64,000 nucleotides of DNA from Alphaproteobacteria bacterium (GCA_965227515.1 CBDDFZ010000001.1:3232001-3296000), one strand, 5' to 3'; positions 8,392 to 18,276 are shown, counted from the first letter of the stretch. Translations and numbers: made by a program. The notes: generated by a model from the sequence alone, not told the origin.

Positions 8392-9027
8392 ATGACCATG
8401 TTGAGCGCCGAGACCTGTACCTTCCTGCGCGACCTGAAGGCGAACAACACCCGCGAATGGTTCCAGGCCAACAAGCCCGCCTACGAGGCCGCGCTGAAGG
8501 CGCCTTCGGCGGCGTTCGCCGATGCCATGGCGGCGGCGCTGGAAGCGGCCTGCGGCGAGCCTTGCACGCCCAAGGTGTTCCGCATCCACCGTGACGTGCG
8601 CTTTTCCAAGGACAAGACGCCCTACAACGCCCACCTGCACATCTCGTTCGCGCCAGAGGGCAAGCCGCCGGCCTGGATGTTCGGGCTGGAACCGGACCGG
8701 CTGGTTCTTGGCGTCGGCACGTTCCAGTTCGACAAGGCGGAACTGGATGCGTACCGGGCGCGCATCGACGGACCGGATGGCGCGGCACTGGCCGAGACCC
8801 TGGCCAAGTTGCAGGCAGATGGCGTGCGGCTGAGTGATCCCGACCTGAAACGGGTACCGGCCCCCTACCCCGCCGACCATCCGCGCGGCGACCTGCTGCG
8901 GCACAAGGGTCTCGCCGCCTGGATCGACGATCTCGATCAATCGCAAGCGTTCGCAGACCAGGGCCCGGCCCGCTGCACTGCGGCGCTGGTGCGCCTGAAA
9001 CCGGTGTTCGATTGGTTGAGGGGGTAG
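8392..9027 (+). CDS. DUF2461 (TIGR02453) family protein
   Basis: FLRDLKANNTREWFQANK, FRIHRDVRFSKDKTPY, LKRVP..Y..DHP..DLLR.K. Confidence 0.92.
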   Translation: MTMLSAETCTFLRDLKANNTREWFQANKPAYEAALKAPSAAFADAMAAALEAACGEPCTPKVFRIHRDVRFSKDKTPYNAHLHISFAPEGKPPAWMFGLEPDRLVLGVGTFQFDKAELDAYRARIDGPDGAALAETLAKLQADGVRLSDPDLKRVPAPYPADHPRGDLLRHKGLAAWIDDLDQSQAFADQGPARCTAALVRLKPVFDWLRG

Positions 9028-9033
9028 ACTGCT

Positions 9034-9645
9034 CTAGCGGTCGGAGAATGCCAAGCGTGCGCTCAGTGCGGCAAAGGCGCCGGCGAAGCCGCAGCGTAGC
9101 CACAGCATCACCCGCGGGCGGGAAATGACGTAGCGCCGCGTGGCAGCGGCAAACGCACCGTAGCCCGCGAACACCACGAACGTCATTGCCATGAAGACGC
9201 CGCCCAGCAACAGCGCCTGCCACGTGCCGTTCGTCGCGTCCGCCGGCACGAACTGCGGCAGGAAGGCAAGGAAGAACAGCGACAGCTTCGGATTCAGGAT
9301 GTTGATCAGGAAGCCGTTGACGACGATGCGCAGGCCCGCATGCGGTGCCGCATTGCCGCTCACCTCCAGAGCGCCGCCGCTACGCAGCACGCCCCAGGCC
9401 ATATAGAGCAGGTAGGCGACGCCCAAATAGCGCACCACCTCGAACGCCACGGCGCTGGTGTGCAGCAGGGCTGCCAGCCCGGCCACCGACGCCGCGATAT
9501 GGGGCAGGATGCCGAGCGTGCAGCCGAGGGCCGCCACCACGCTGGCCCGCCAGCCACGGCCAAGCCCGTAGGCGAGCGTGTAGAGCACGCCGGTGCCCGG
9601 CAGCAGGATGACCACCAGAGATGTCAGCAGGAATTCAGGTGTCAT
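9034..9645 (-). CDS. LysE/RhtB family translocator
   Basis: LLPGTG, G.RASVVAALG, YLGVAYLLY.AW, NILNPKL.LFFLAFLPQFV. Start at ATG 9645. Confidence 0.92.
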   Translation of the reverse strand: MTPEFLLTSLVVILLPGTGVLYTLAYGLGRGWRASVVAALGCTLGILPHIAASVAGLAALLHTSAVAFEVVRYLGVAYLLYMAWGVLRSGGALEVSGNAAPHAGLRIVVNGFLINILNPKLSLFFLAFLPQFVPADATNGTWQALLLGGVFMAMTFVVFAGYGAFAAATRRYVISRPRVMLWLRCGFAGAFAALSARLAFSDR

Positions 9646-9773
9646 GGCGATCTGCCTTTCCGTCCTATCTCGCGCCCGATACTGGCCGCAGACCGGTGTT
9701 GGCGGCAACATCGCCATGCGCGGCAATTGAACCCGCCTGCCCGTCCCGGTGACAGACGTGCATGTCCCATCCC

Positions 9774-9820
9774 TTGACATCGCGTCCTTGCATTCCGATA
9801 TTTCTGTCATGACAGAAATA
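9774..9820 (+). promoter_or_regulatory. sigma70-like promoter with a perfect 22-bp palindromic operator spanning the start codon
   Basis: TTGACA at 9774, a -10-like region near 9797-9804, and palindrome tatttctgtcatgacagaaata (9799-9820) centred on ATG 9809. Confidence 0.65.
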
Positions 9821-10390
9821 ACAGACAAATCCGACCTGCCCGCGCCGGTGGAACGCTTCATCCTGCAATGGGGCGACATGGGCACCGCCTGGGGGGTCAA
9901 CCGCTCGGTCAGCCAGATCCATGCGCTGCTCTACCTCTCCGAACGCCCGCTGACGGCGGAGGAGATATCGCAGACCCTGGAGATGGCGCGGTCCAACGTC
10001 TCCAACTCGCTGAAGGAGCTGATGGGCTGGGACCTGATCCGGCGGGTGCCGATCAGGGGCGACCGGCGCGATCATTTCGAGGCCGAGACCGATATCTGGG
10101 AGATCGTCAGCCGCATCGCCGCCGGCCGCAAGGAGCGCGAGCTGGACCCCGCGTTCGAGGTGCTGGCGCGCTGCGTCGACGAGGCCAAGGCGGACCGATT
10201 TGTGCATCCGGTGGCGCTGCAACGCCTGCGCGAGATGCAGGAATTCACAGCACTTGTCGACCGCTGGTACAGCCAGATGTTGCGGGTGCCGAAGACCAAG
10301 CTCGCCATCGCGCTGAAACTGGGCGCGCGGATCATCGATTTCCTGCCGAAGGGCCGGGGCCGAAAACAAGAAAACCAAGACAAGGACTGA
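9809..10390 (+). CDS. GbsR/MarR family transcriptional regulator
   Basis: FILQWGDMG..WGVNRSVSQIHALLY, PLTAEEI...L.MARSNVSNSLKEL, GDRRDHFEAE. Confidence 0.92.
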   Translation: MTEITDKSDLPAPVERFILQWGDMGTAWGVNRSVSQIHALLYLSERPLTAEEISQTLEMARSNVSNSLKELMGWDLIRRVPIRGDRRDHFEAETDIWEIVSRIAAGRKERELDPAFEVLARCVDEAKADRFVHPVALQRLREMQEFTALVDRWYSQMLRVPKTKLAIALKLGARIIDFLPKGRGRKQENQDKD

Positions 10391-10394
10391 GGCC

Positions 10395-11087
10395 ATGAGC
10401 ACGCAACCGAAATGGGCCGAACCGGCCGATCCTCCCGCCCCAGCCGCCCCTGCTGCTGCCGCAGGCGAAACCGCGGCACTCGGCGACCTTCGGTTTCGCG
10501 CGCTTCTGGATGACGAGGGCTGGGCAAACCTGGCGCCGGAAGTGCGGGCGCGGTTCGCACGCAAGGCCGGCCCCGGCCAGTCCATCGTATTCAGCGGCCA
10601 GGTGACCGAATGGCACGCGACCAGGGTCGGACGCCTGCTCGCCTGGGCCTGCTGTGCCATCGGCGGGCCACTGCCGATCCGCTGCGTGGAAGGTGGCGCC
10701 AGCGTCGTCACCATCACCGAAGACCCACGTGGCGGCGGCCAGACCTGGACCCGCATGTACGCGCGGCGCACCGGTTTTCCGCAGGTGATCCACTCCTCCA
10801 AGCGTTTCGCCGGTCCCACCGGGCTGGAGGAGCACGTTGGGCGCGGCGTCGGCATGACCCTGGACGTGGCGGCCGAGGACGGCGGCATCGCGTTCCGCAG
10901 CGTGCGCTACTTCATGCAAGTGCTTGGGCGGCGCTGCTACCTGCCAAGCTGGCTTTCGCCGGGCGCGCTGACAGTGCGCCACGACCCCATCGATGCCACG
11001 CATTTTGAATTCTCGCTCACTATCGACCATCCGCGCCTGGGGTGCATCCTCAGCCAGACGGTCGTGTTTCGGGAGACGGGCCAATGA
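10395..11087 (+). CDS. DUF4166 domain protein
   Basis: W..L...VR.RF, QTWTRMY, FPQVIHSSKRF, LEE..G, F.FSL...HP..G....Q...F. Usual neighbour of TIGR01777. Confidence 0.82.
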   Translation: MSTQPKWAEPADPPAPAAPAAAAGETAALGDLRFRALLDDEGWANLAPEVRARFARKAGPGQSIVFSGQVTEWHATRVGRLLAWACCAIGGPLPIRCVEGGASVVTITEDPRGGGQTWTRMYARRTGFPQVIHSSKRFAGPTGLEEHVGRGVGMTLDVAAEDGGIAFRSVRYFMQVLGRRCYLPSWLSPGALTVRHDPIDATHFEFSLTIDHPRLGCILSQTVVFRETGQ

Positions 11088-12706
11088 TCTCCGATCTCAT
11101 CTGGGCGCTGGTTGCGGTGCAGATGGCGCTGGGGCTGTTCGACACCCTCTATCATCACGAATTGACCGAGCGGCTGGCCTGGCGGCCGACCCAGGCGCGC
11201 GAACTGCGCCTGCATGCGGTGCGCAATTGGCTCTATGCCGTGCTGTTCGCGACCCTGGGCTGGCTGGTGCCGACCGGCGCCGTCGCCTGGGCGGTGATCG
11301 CGATTCTGGCGGTCGAGGTCGTGATCACGCTGTGGGACTTCGTGGAGGAGGACCTGAGCCGCAAGCTGCCTGCCACCGAGCGGGTCGCCCACACCCTGCT
11401 GGCGCTGAACTACGGCGCGATCCTGGTGCTGCTGGCGCCGGTGCTGATCGGCTGGGCGGCCCAACCGACAGGGCTTGCGACGGCGGACCATGGCACCTGG
11501 TCGTGGCTGTGCAGCATAGCGGCGGCCGGCACGCTGGTCTTCGGCCTGCGCGACTGGACCGCCGCCCTCCGTGCCCCCCACCTGCGCGAGGCGCCGGCTG
11601 GTGGCCTGCTCCCGTCGCTGGGTGGCCGGCGGACCGTGCTGGTGACCGGCGCCACTGGCTTTATTGGCCGGCGGTTGGTTGCAGCCCTGGTGGCCGACGG
11701 TCACGCGGTGATCGCGCTGGTGCGCAACCCCGAGAAGGCGGCAGCCCTGCCGATGCCGATCACGCTCGTCGACGACCTCGACCGGATCGACCCGGCAACG
11801 CCCATCGACGCCATCGTCAACCTGGCCGGCGAGCCCATCGCCAACTTCTGGTGGACCAGGGCCAAGCGGCAACGGATCGTCGCCTCTCGCGTTGAGACCA
11901 CGCGCGCTGTGGTGGCGCTTGCGGGGCGGCTGGCGACGCCGCCAAAGGTGCTGGTCAATGGCTCGGCCATCGGCTGGTACGGCGCGCGCGACGGTGCCGA
12001 GACGCAGGATGAGACGTCAGGTCCCGCGCCCTGCTTCACCCACGATGTCTGCGCCGCCTGGGAGGCTGAGGCCGCGCGCGCCGAGGCTCTTGGCGTCCGT
12101 GTGGTGTGCCTGCGCATCGGGCTGGTGCTCGGCCAGGGCGGCGGCATGCTGAGCCAGATGCTGACGCCGTTCGAGTTCGGCCTGGGCGGGCCGATGGGCG
12201 ATGGCCGTCAGGTCATGTCCTGGATCGCCCGCGACGATCTGGTCGGCCTGATCGGCCACGCCATCGCGACGAAAGACCTTTCCGGCCCGGTCAACGCGAC
12301 CGCGCCAGAGCCTGTCACCAACCGGGCGTTCTCGCGCGCCCTGGGTCGCGCCCTCCACCGCCCTGCCCTGCTGCCGGTGCCCGCCTTCGTGCTGCGCCGG
12401 CTGGCGGGCCAACTGGCGGAGGAGTTGCTGCTCGGCGGCCAGCGCGTGCTACCGGCCAAAGCGCTGGCCTCAGGCTACCGCTTCCGCCACGCCACTATCG
12501 ATAGCGCATTGGCGGATGTCGTTGGAAGCAAGCAACGACGCGCGTTCAAGGATGCCACGCTTGTGGGGGGCGGTGCGCCGCGGCGACGCACCACCGCCAA
12601 TGGCGCCTACTCGAACAGGCTGCTGCCGCCCTCGGCTTCGTCCTCTGCGCCGCCGTCGCTCGCGACGTCGCCCAACGTCCCCTCACCCACCGCGTCGGAG
12701 AAGTAG
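11084..12706 (+). CDS. TIGR01777 family NAD-dependent epimerase with N-terminal membrane domain
   Basis: VLVTGATGFIG, VNLAGEPI...WT, SAIGWYG, WE.EA, LRIGLVL, G.Q.MSWI..DD, N.TAP.PV.N, GQRVLP. N-terminal TM helices (FDTLYHHE, DFVEED..RKLP). ATGA overlap with the upstream gene. Confidence 0.9.
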   Translation: MISDLIWALVAVQMALGLFDTLYHHELTERLAWRPTQARELRLHAVRNWLYAVLFATLGWLVPTGAVAWAVIAILAVEVVITLWDFVEEDLSRKLPATERVAHTLLALNYGAILVLLAPVLIGWAAQPTGLATADHGTWSWLCSIAAAGTLVFGLRDWTAALRAPHLREAPAGGLLPSLGGRRTVLVTGATGFIGRRLVAALVADGHAVIALVRNPEKAAALPMPITLVDDLDRIDPATPIDAIVNLAGEPIANFWWTRAKRQRIVASRVETTRAVVALAGRLATPPKVLVNGSAIGWYGARDGAETQDETSGPAPCFTHDVCAAWEAEAARAEALGVRVVCLRIGLVLGQGGGMLSQMLTPFEFGLGGPMGDGRQVMSWIARDDLVGLIGHAIATKDLSGPVNATAPEPVTNRAFSRALGRALHRPALLPVPAFVLRRLAGQLAEELLLGGQRVLPAKALASGYRFRHATIDSALADVVGSKQRRAFKDATLVGGGAPRRRTTANGAYSNRLLPPSASSSAPPSLATSPNVPSPTASEK

Positions 12707-13656
12707 TACAGCGTGTAGGTGCCCGGCGTGCCGTCGGTCAGGAAGTAGAACGACTTGTCGAACGGGTCGCCGACGATGTCGCCGGAGATCGAGTTGGAGG
12801 TGCTGCGGGTCAGCACGCCCTCGCCAAGCTCCTGGCCGACCGGGATTGTCGGCAGGCCGTTGGGGCCCACGAGCTGGATCGAGTTCGTGTAGAACGAGAA
12901 GCCCTCGTAGCTGGAGCCAATCGAGTTGTACATGAGCGGCGTGATGTTGAAATCCACCCGCACCATCTGGCCGGCGCTGGGGTTCACCGTGCCCGCCACC
13001 GGCTGGCGGTAGTAGCTGTGGGCGGTCACGATGCCGTCGACCGGCGTAATGCCGGTGACCTCGAAGTCGGCGGTGTCGCCGGGCATCAACGGTTGGCTTG
13101 CGTCCTGCGGGATGTCGATCTCGACCGCATACAGCTCACCGAAGGTCAGGGTCGCGGTGGTGGCGTCGGCGGGCACCGACCAGATGTGCTCCATGAACAC
13201 GTGCTCGTCGTCCTCGGCCTCGTGGTCGGGCCAGTCGCGCGGACGCGATGCGGACAACGAGCGGGTGCCGGTCTCGAACACGCCATAGCGCTCCAGGAAC
13301 CCGATCATGGTGATCGGCTCTTCCAAGCCGTCGATGGTCAGCGTCAGGTCGGTGTAGGAGACGGAAACGCGGTCCATGTCCTCCGACCACGGCACGTCGA
13401 TCTCGGCGGAGATGTGCAACAGCACCTGGTCAGGATTGGACACCACATGCGGGAAACAACACGGCAGGCCCACGTCTTCCTCGGTGTTGATCAGGCTGTC
13501 GTAGCGCATGATTTCGAGTGATACGAACGGCCAGGGCTCTTGCGCCTGGGCCAGCGCACCGCCGGCCTGAAGCGTAACAAGGGCGGCGGCGGCAGTCGCA
13601 CCGGCCAACGGGAAAGGTCGAGGAAGGGTCACGTTATCACTCCATAAAGGCATCAA
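12607..13656 (-). CDS. Hypothetical secreted acidic beta-rich protein
   Basis: Signal-peptide-like AAALVTLQAGGALAQA, host-like codon usage, beta-strand patterning. No family recognised. Confidence 0.7.
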   Translation of the reverse strand: MMPLWSDNVTLPRPFPLAGATAAAALVTLQAGGALAQAQEPWPFVSLEIMRYDSLINTEEDVGLPCCFPHVVSNPDQVLLHISAEIDVPWSEDMDRVSVSYTDLTLTIDGLEEPITMIGFLERYGVFETGTRSLSASRPRDWPDHEAEDDEHVFMEHIWSVPADATTATLTFGELYAVEIDIPQDASQPLMPGDTADFEVTGITPVDGIVTAHSYYRQPVAGTVNPSAGQMVRVDFNITPLMYNSIGSSYEGFSFYTNSIQLVGPNGLPTIPVGQELGEGVLTRSTSNSISGDIVGDPFDKSFYFLTDGTPGTYTLYYFSDAVGEGTLGDVASDGGAEDEAEGGSSLFE

Positions 13657-13777
13657 ACAGGGCCCCCGGATACCATGGACCGAAGTGTCAAAGAAGCAGC
13701 AATGCCGCGAAAACAGCCAAGTGCATTCGAATTGAACTTGGTGCCGGGAAACCCGGTGTCACGCGGCCACGGTGCGA

Positions 13778-15556
13778 TCAGCCGGTGCCCTGCTGGCGGC
13801 TGAACTTCACCACCATCATCCGCCCGACCACGGTGAATGCGACCAGGGCGACGATCAGCAGCACGCCGAGTGCGGTCGCCTTGCCGGGATAGCCGTCGTC
13901 CCAGGCATGCCACAGCTCGACCGACAGCACCCGGTTGTCATGGCTGGACAGCAGGACGGGGATCGAGAAGTTGCGCAGCCCGTGCGCGGCGACCCAGATC
14001 CAGCCCGAGATGAACGATGGCAGCAGCAGCGGCAGCACGATCTTGCGCATCACGGTCGCCCACTTGGCGCCGCTGGTTCGCCCCGCCTCCTCCATCTCGA
14101 CATGGAGCTGCGCCACGGCACCGTTCATGGTGCGGGTGCCGAAGGCGAGGTAGTGGATGGTCAGGCCCAGCACGATGATCCAGATCGTGCCGTAGAGCTG
14201 CAGGTCGATCAGCCCTGGCAGGCTGAACACCAGCAGGATCGAAATACCGACGATCACGCCCGGAATGGCGTTCGGGAGGAACATGATGCCGTCGACCACG
14301 CCGCGGCCGGGGAAGCGCATCCGCTGGATGCCCCATGAGACCACCAGCGCCAGCAGCATGGTCACCGTGCCGGCGACGGCCGCGACGACCAGCGTGTTCA
14401 GCGTCGTCGACCAGATGTCCGGGTCGTTGAAAATCTCCTGGTAGTTGCGCAGGGTCGAGTTCATCAGCCGGTCCCAGGTCGGCACCCGGTAGAGCGGCTG
14501 GAACGAGGTCCACAGCAGGATCAGGCACGGCGCCACGATGGTCAGCAGGGTGTAGAGCACCACGACCGCGAAACACGGATAGCGCCACTTGCCGAGCTTG
14601 ATGATGCGCGGGCGGTAGCCCTTGCCGGTGATGGTGACGTAGCGGCCGAGCTTGCCGGCCTGGCGCCGGTACCACCAGACCAGCACGATCGACAGGATCA
14701 GGAAGGTGGCGCCCAACGCTGCCGAGATGCCGTATTCCGGCGGCGAGGCGCGCTGGGTGGAGAAGAAGATGTACGACGAGAACACATAGACGTTGCCCGG
14801 CAGGCCGATGACCAGCGGCACCTCCAGCGATTCCAGGCTGGTCATGAACGAATAGATGCCGCCGGCCAGGATGGCCGGGGACAGCAGCGGCAGCAGGATG
14901 CGGAAGAAGGTGCGGGTGTTGCTGGCGCCGGAGATGCGGGCCGCCTCCTCCAGGTTCGGGTCCATGGTGCGGAAGGCGCCGACGATGATCAGGAACACCG
15001 TGGTCACGCCCCGCAGCCCGTCGAGGAAGATCATGCCCCCCATGGTGCGGATATCGAACGGGCCGGTCGTCATCTCGATCCCGAATACGCCCGCGACGTC
15101 GCGGATCAGCACGTTGATCAGGCCGATGCGCGGCTGCAGCAGGAAAATCCACGAGATCGCGTAGAGGATGCCCGGAATGGCGATCGGCACCAGCAGCAGC
15201 ATCCACGCCACGTTGCGGAACGGCATGTCCGTGCGCTCGGTCAGGAACGCGAAGAACACCGCCAGGCTGACCGAGATGACCGTGCCGCTGACCGCCAGGA
15301 TCAGCGTGTTGCCCAGCATGCGGTAGGTCAGGGCCTGGGAATAGGCGCCGGTGTAGTTACCGAGAGTGAAGTCGCCGGGGTTCCAGGGGGTGCCTTGCCG
15401 GAAGCTGAAGATCAGCAGCACGGCCAGCGGCACCAGCACCATCAGCACCGACACGGCGATGATGAAGCCGGGCAGAAGGTTGCCGGATCCGCTGAAGACG
15501 TACCGGCGCCAACCGCCGGTCGCTGGATGCGTCATTGTCACGGGCGCACCCGCCAC
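13778..15556 (-). CDS. ABC transporter permease, duplicated MetI-type (FbpB-like)
   Basis: Two EAA motifs (LEEAARISGA, MEEAGRTSGA), ERTDMPFR, about 12 TM segments. Start may be ATG 15535. Confidence 0.92.
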   Translation of the reverse strand: MAGAPVTMTHPATGGWRRYVFSGSGNLLPGFIIAVSVLMVLVPLAVLLIFSFRQGTPWNPGDFTLGNYTGAYSQALTYRMLGNTLILAVSGTVISVSLAVFFAFLTERTDMPFRNVAWMLLLVPIAIPGILYAISWIFLLQPRIGLINVLIRDVAGVFGIEMTTGPFDIRTMGGMIFLDGLRGVTTVFLIIVGAFRTMDPNLEEAARISGASNTRTFFRILLPLLSPAILAGGIYSFMTSLESLEVPLVIGLPGNVYVFSSYIFFSTQRASPPEYGISAALGATFLILSIVLVWWYRRQAGKLGRYVTITGKGYRPRIIKLGKWRYPCFAVVVLYTLLTIVAPCLILLWTSFQPLYRVPTWDRLMNSTLRNYQEIFNDPDIWSTTLNTLVVAAVAGTVTMLLALVVSWGIQRMRFPGRGVVDGIMFLPNAIPGVIVGISILLVFSLPGLIDLQLYGTIWIIVLGLTIHYLAFGTRTMNGAVAQLHVEMEEAGRTSGAKWATVMRKIVLPLLLPSFISGWIWVAAHGLRNFSIPVLLSSHDNRVLSVELWHAWDDGYPGKATALGVLLIVALVAFTVVGRMMVVKFSRQQGTG

Positions 15557-15586
15557 GTGGTTTGCTGCCGTCGGGCCGTGACCGGC

Positions 15587-15970
15587 CTACTCATCATTGT
15601 CGTAGTAGTGGATTTCCAGCAGCAGGCAGCCCTTCTCGGACTTGAAGGGGCCGTGGTGCACACCCGGCGGGCGGCAGGCATAGGTGTTGGGGTCGAAGCT
15701 CTCGCCGCCCCGTCCCTGGTCGTCATTGCCGACGATCAGGTCTCCCGACACCAGATAGACCTCTTCCCAATAGTCATGCACGAAGGGCGCGGTGGTGAAG
15801 GCGCCCGGCTGAAACCTGAGCAGGCGCGTGCGGGTGCCCGATTTGGCCTGCTCGTCGAGCGCTCCGGTCAGGATCTTCTGCTCCAGCCCATCGGGATAGC
15901 CGGGCGGCGTCTCCCAGCCGACGGCCAGGTCGACCGGATGGAACTCCAAATGGTCCTTGTTGATCGTCAT
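15587..15970 (-). CDS. Cupin domain protein (ChrR-like)
   Basis: TRLLRF.PG, HDYWEEVYLVSGDL, YACRPPGVHHGPF.S..GC.LLE. Confidence 0.88.
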   Translation of the reverse strand: MTINKDHLEFHPVDLAVGWETPPGYPDGLEQKILTGALDEQAKSGTRTRLLRFQPGAFTTAPFVHDYWEEVYLVSGDLIVGNDDQGRGGESFDPNTYACRPPGVHHGPFKSEKGCLLLEIHYYDNDE

Positions 15971-15994
15971 GCGTCGCCCCCGTATGGCCTGCAA

Positions 15995-17488
15995 TCAGGC
16001 CGCAACCCCTTTGGCCTTGGCCGTGCTCGTCTCGTCCTTCAGCGTCCCTTCCAGGTCGTAGCCGGCCAGGAAGTCGTCCAGCATCGCCTTCGACCGCTCC
16101 CAATCGAAGCAGCGGAAGGCGTGCCCCTTGGTCACGAACGCGGCGCCGGCATAGAACATCTCGTACTGCAGGTGGCGCGAGGCGAACTCCGACCCGACGG
16201 CGTCCCACGCCAGGCGGTAGAACTTCACCTTGTCCTCGGCATCGGCGGCCGGCGATTGCTGGGTCTTCTCGATCAGCGCGGCCAGCTCCGGATTGGCGAA
16301 GTCGCGCGCGGAAGACGGCTGCATGATCATGCCGCCGCCGGCCAGTTCGCGGATGGCGGTGGTGAACTTGGGATAGAGCTGCTGGGTCAGCACCTGCGCG
16401 GTGTAGAGCGTGTGCTTGTCCGGAATGAAATAGGCGCCGACCTGGCTGCCCTTCGCCTCCATGCCGGCGACCAGCCCCTCCACCATGCCGACCTCCGCGG
16501 AGATCTGGCCGAGCATCTCGCGGACCTGCGGGAACCCCATGGTGCCGTTGATCTCGGCGATGCGGTGGGCGATGCCGGCCAGGAAGCGCAGCTTCACCAT
16601 CAGGCGAATTTGCGCCTGGTAGTTCTGGTAGACGTGCGCCGGCGTGGCGTGGAACTGAGCCATGCAGCGCTTCACGTCGTTGGCGACGAAGACCCGGTCC
16701 CACGGCACGTGTACGTCGTCGAAATAGAGCACCGCGTCGTTCTCGTCGTAGCGGGACGACAATGGGCTGTCGAACACGTTGTCGGCGCCCGCCTCATACG
16801 ACTTGCGCGACAGGATTTTCAGCCCGCGCACGTTCATCGGCACCGCGAACGAGACCGCGTAGCGCTCCTCGCCTTCCTTCAGCGGCTGGATCGTGGTGAC
16901 CAGCACCTCGTTGGCCATGATGCCGGCGGTCGACAGCATCTTGGCGCCGCGCACGGTAATACCCTCGGCATCCTCGTCGACGATGCCGGCCACGAAATCC
17001 TCGGTCTGCTGGTCGCCGGCGGAGCCCGCGCGGTTGGCCTGCGGGTTGATGATCACATAGGTGAGGTAGAGGTCGTTGTCGCGGGCGAAGCGGTAATAGT
17101 CGGTCAGCGCCCTGCCGCGCTCGTCGCCGAACACCTCTGGCGCCATCGCCATGCCGGTGATGCACGACGCCACGTGATCGGGCGAGCGCCCCAGGAAGCC
17201 GGCATGCAACGACGACCACCGCTCCAGCGCCTCGCGGCGCGACACCAGTTCCCGATAATCGGCGGGCATCTGCCACATGCGGTTGGCCGGGCCGTCGCCG
17301 TCGGCCGGGGTCCAGGTCAAGAGCTTGCCCAGCGCCGGATCGTGCTGGGCGTCGTACAGCCCGCATACCGAGGCAATGGCATTCTTGAAGGCCGGGTCGG
17401 TGGTGACGTCCCTGACCAGCCCACCGTCGATATAGACCTTCCGTCCATCGCGGAGCGAAGCCAGGTGTTGCGCGCCGGTCTTGATCAC
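15995..17488 (-). CDS. 4-hydroxyphenylacetate 3-hydroxylase family (group D flavin monooxygenase, oxygenase subunit)
   Basis: SLRDGRKVY..G..V.DVT, GRSPD, INPQ..R, GITVRGAK, PLSSRYDENDA..FDDV.VPWDRVF, EFASRH.QYEMFYAG. Confidence 0.92.
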   Translation of the reverse strand: MIKTGAQHLASLRDGRKVYIDGGLVRDVTTDPAFKNAIASVCGLYDAQHDPALGKLLTWTPADGDGPANRMWQMPADYRELVSRREALERWSSLHAGFLGRSPDHVASCITGMAMAPEVFGDERGRALTDYYRFARDNDLYLTYVIINPQANRAGSAGDQQTEDFVAGIVDEDAEGITVRGAKMLSTAGIMANEVLVTTIQPLKEGEERYAVSFAVPMNVRGLKILSRKSYEAGADNVFDSPLSSRYDENDAVLYFDDVHVPWDRVFVANDVKRCMAQFHATPAHVYQNYQAQIRLMVKLRFLAGIAHRIAEINGTMGFPQVREMLGQISAEVGMVEGLVAGMEAKGSQVGAYFIPDKHTLYTAQVLTQQLYPKFTTAIRELAGGGMIMQPSSARDFANPELAALIEKTQQSPAADAEDKVKFYRLAWDAVGSEFASRHLQYEMFYAGAAFVTKGHAFRCFDWERSKAMLDDFLAGYDLEGTLKDETSTAKAKGVAA

Positions 17489-17506
17489 GGCCGTGTCTCC
17501 CCTGCC

Positions 17507-18085
17507 CTATTTTTGATCCCGGATTGCCGCCGCCGGGTTGGCAACGCCGCCGGCCAGGTAGTCGACCAGCGCCACCGCCTCGTCACCGGAGCTGATCAGC
17601 TTGCCCATAAGGGCGCTCAGCTCCTGGAACATCTCGCGGTCCAGCGGGCGGAACAGCAGATCGTTCACCTCGCTCTGCGCCGGCGCCAGTTCCGCCAGCA
17701 GCGCCATGCCCTTTTCCGTTACGCGCAGGCGCACCCGGCGCCGATCCTCGGGATCGGGCTGCTTCTCCACCAGGCCAAGCTTGACCAGCTGCCCGCTGAC
17801 CAGGGTGACGAACGACCCGGTCAACCCCAGATCCTCGGCAATGCGGGTCACGCCCACCCGCTCGCCGTCTTGCAGGTGCGCGATCGAAATCAGCGTCGTG
17901 TACTGGATGCCGGTCAGCCCGATGATGGAGCCGAAACCGGAACGCACCGCCTCCAGCCGTGCCGAGAACGCCAGCAGGCGATGCACGAAGGTTCGAAAGG
18001 CCTGGTCGGACCCGTCGACGAGCAGCGCCGGCGACGTTACGGTGGTCTGCGCCGCGGTCGGGGTGGATTTCTGGTCTTTGGTCAA
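17507..18085 (-). CDS. MarR family winged-helix regulator
   Basis: GLTGIQY..L, IAEDL......VT.....LV..GLVEK.PDPEDRRRV.L..T..G. Start (TTG 18085) is uncertain. Confidence 0.88.
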   Translation of the reverse strand: MTKDQKSTPTAAQTTVTSPALLVDGSDQAFRTFVHRLLAFSARLEAVRSGFGSIIGLTGIQYTTLISIAHLQDGERVGVTRIAEDLGLTGSFVTLVSGQLVKLGLVEKQPDPEDRRRVRLRVTEKGMALLAELAPAQSEVNDLLFRPLDREMFQELSALMGKLISSGDEAVALVDYLAGGVANPAAAIRDQK

Positions 18086-18276
18086 GGGGCTGATCCGGTT
18101 TGGTTTTCGTTGGCATGCGCAGCGATCGAAGCGTGCGAGCATTGCGAATGCCTGCTCAAATTAGCTTTGAGACTTCGCAAAGTTCTAAAGGTATCTTATC
18201 CTGGCTGTCAACGGTCAGCGCCACCTGGCGCCGCTGATCGAACCCGGTTCAAACCGACATTACATGAGTGCACCCC

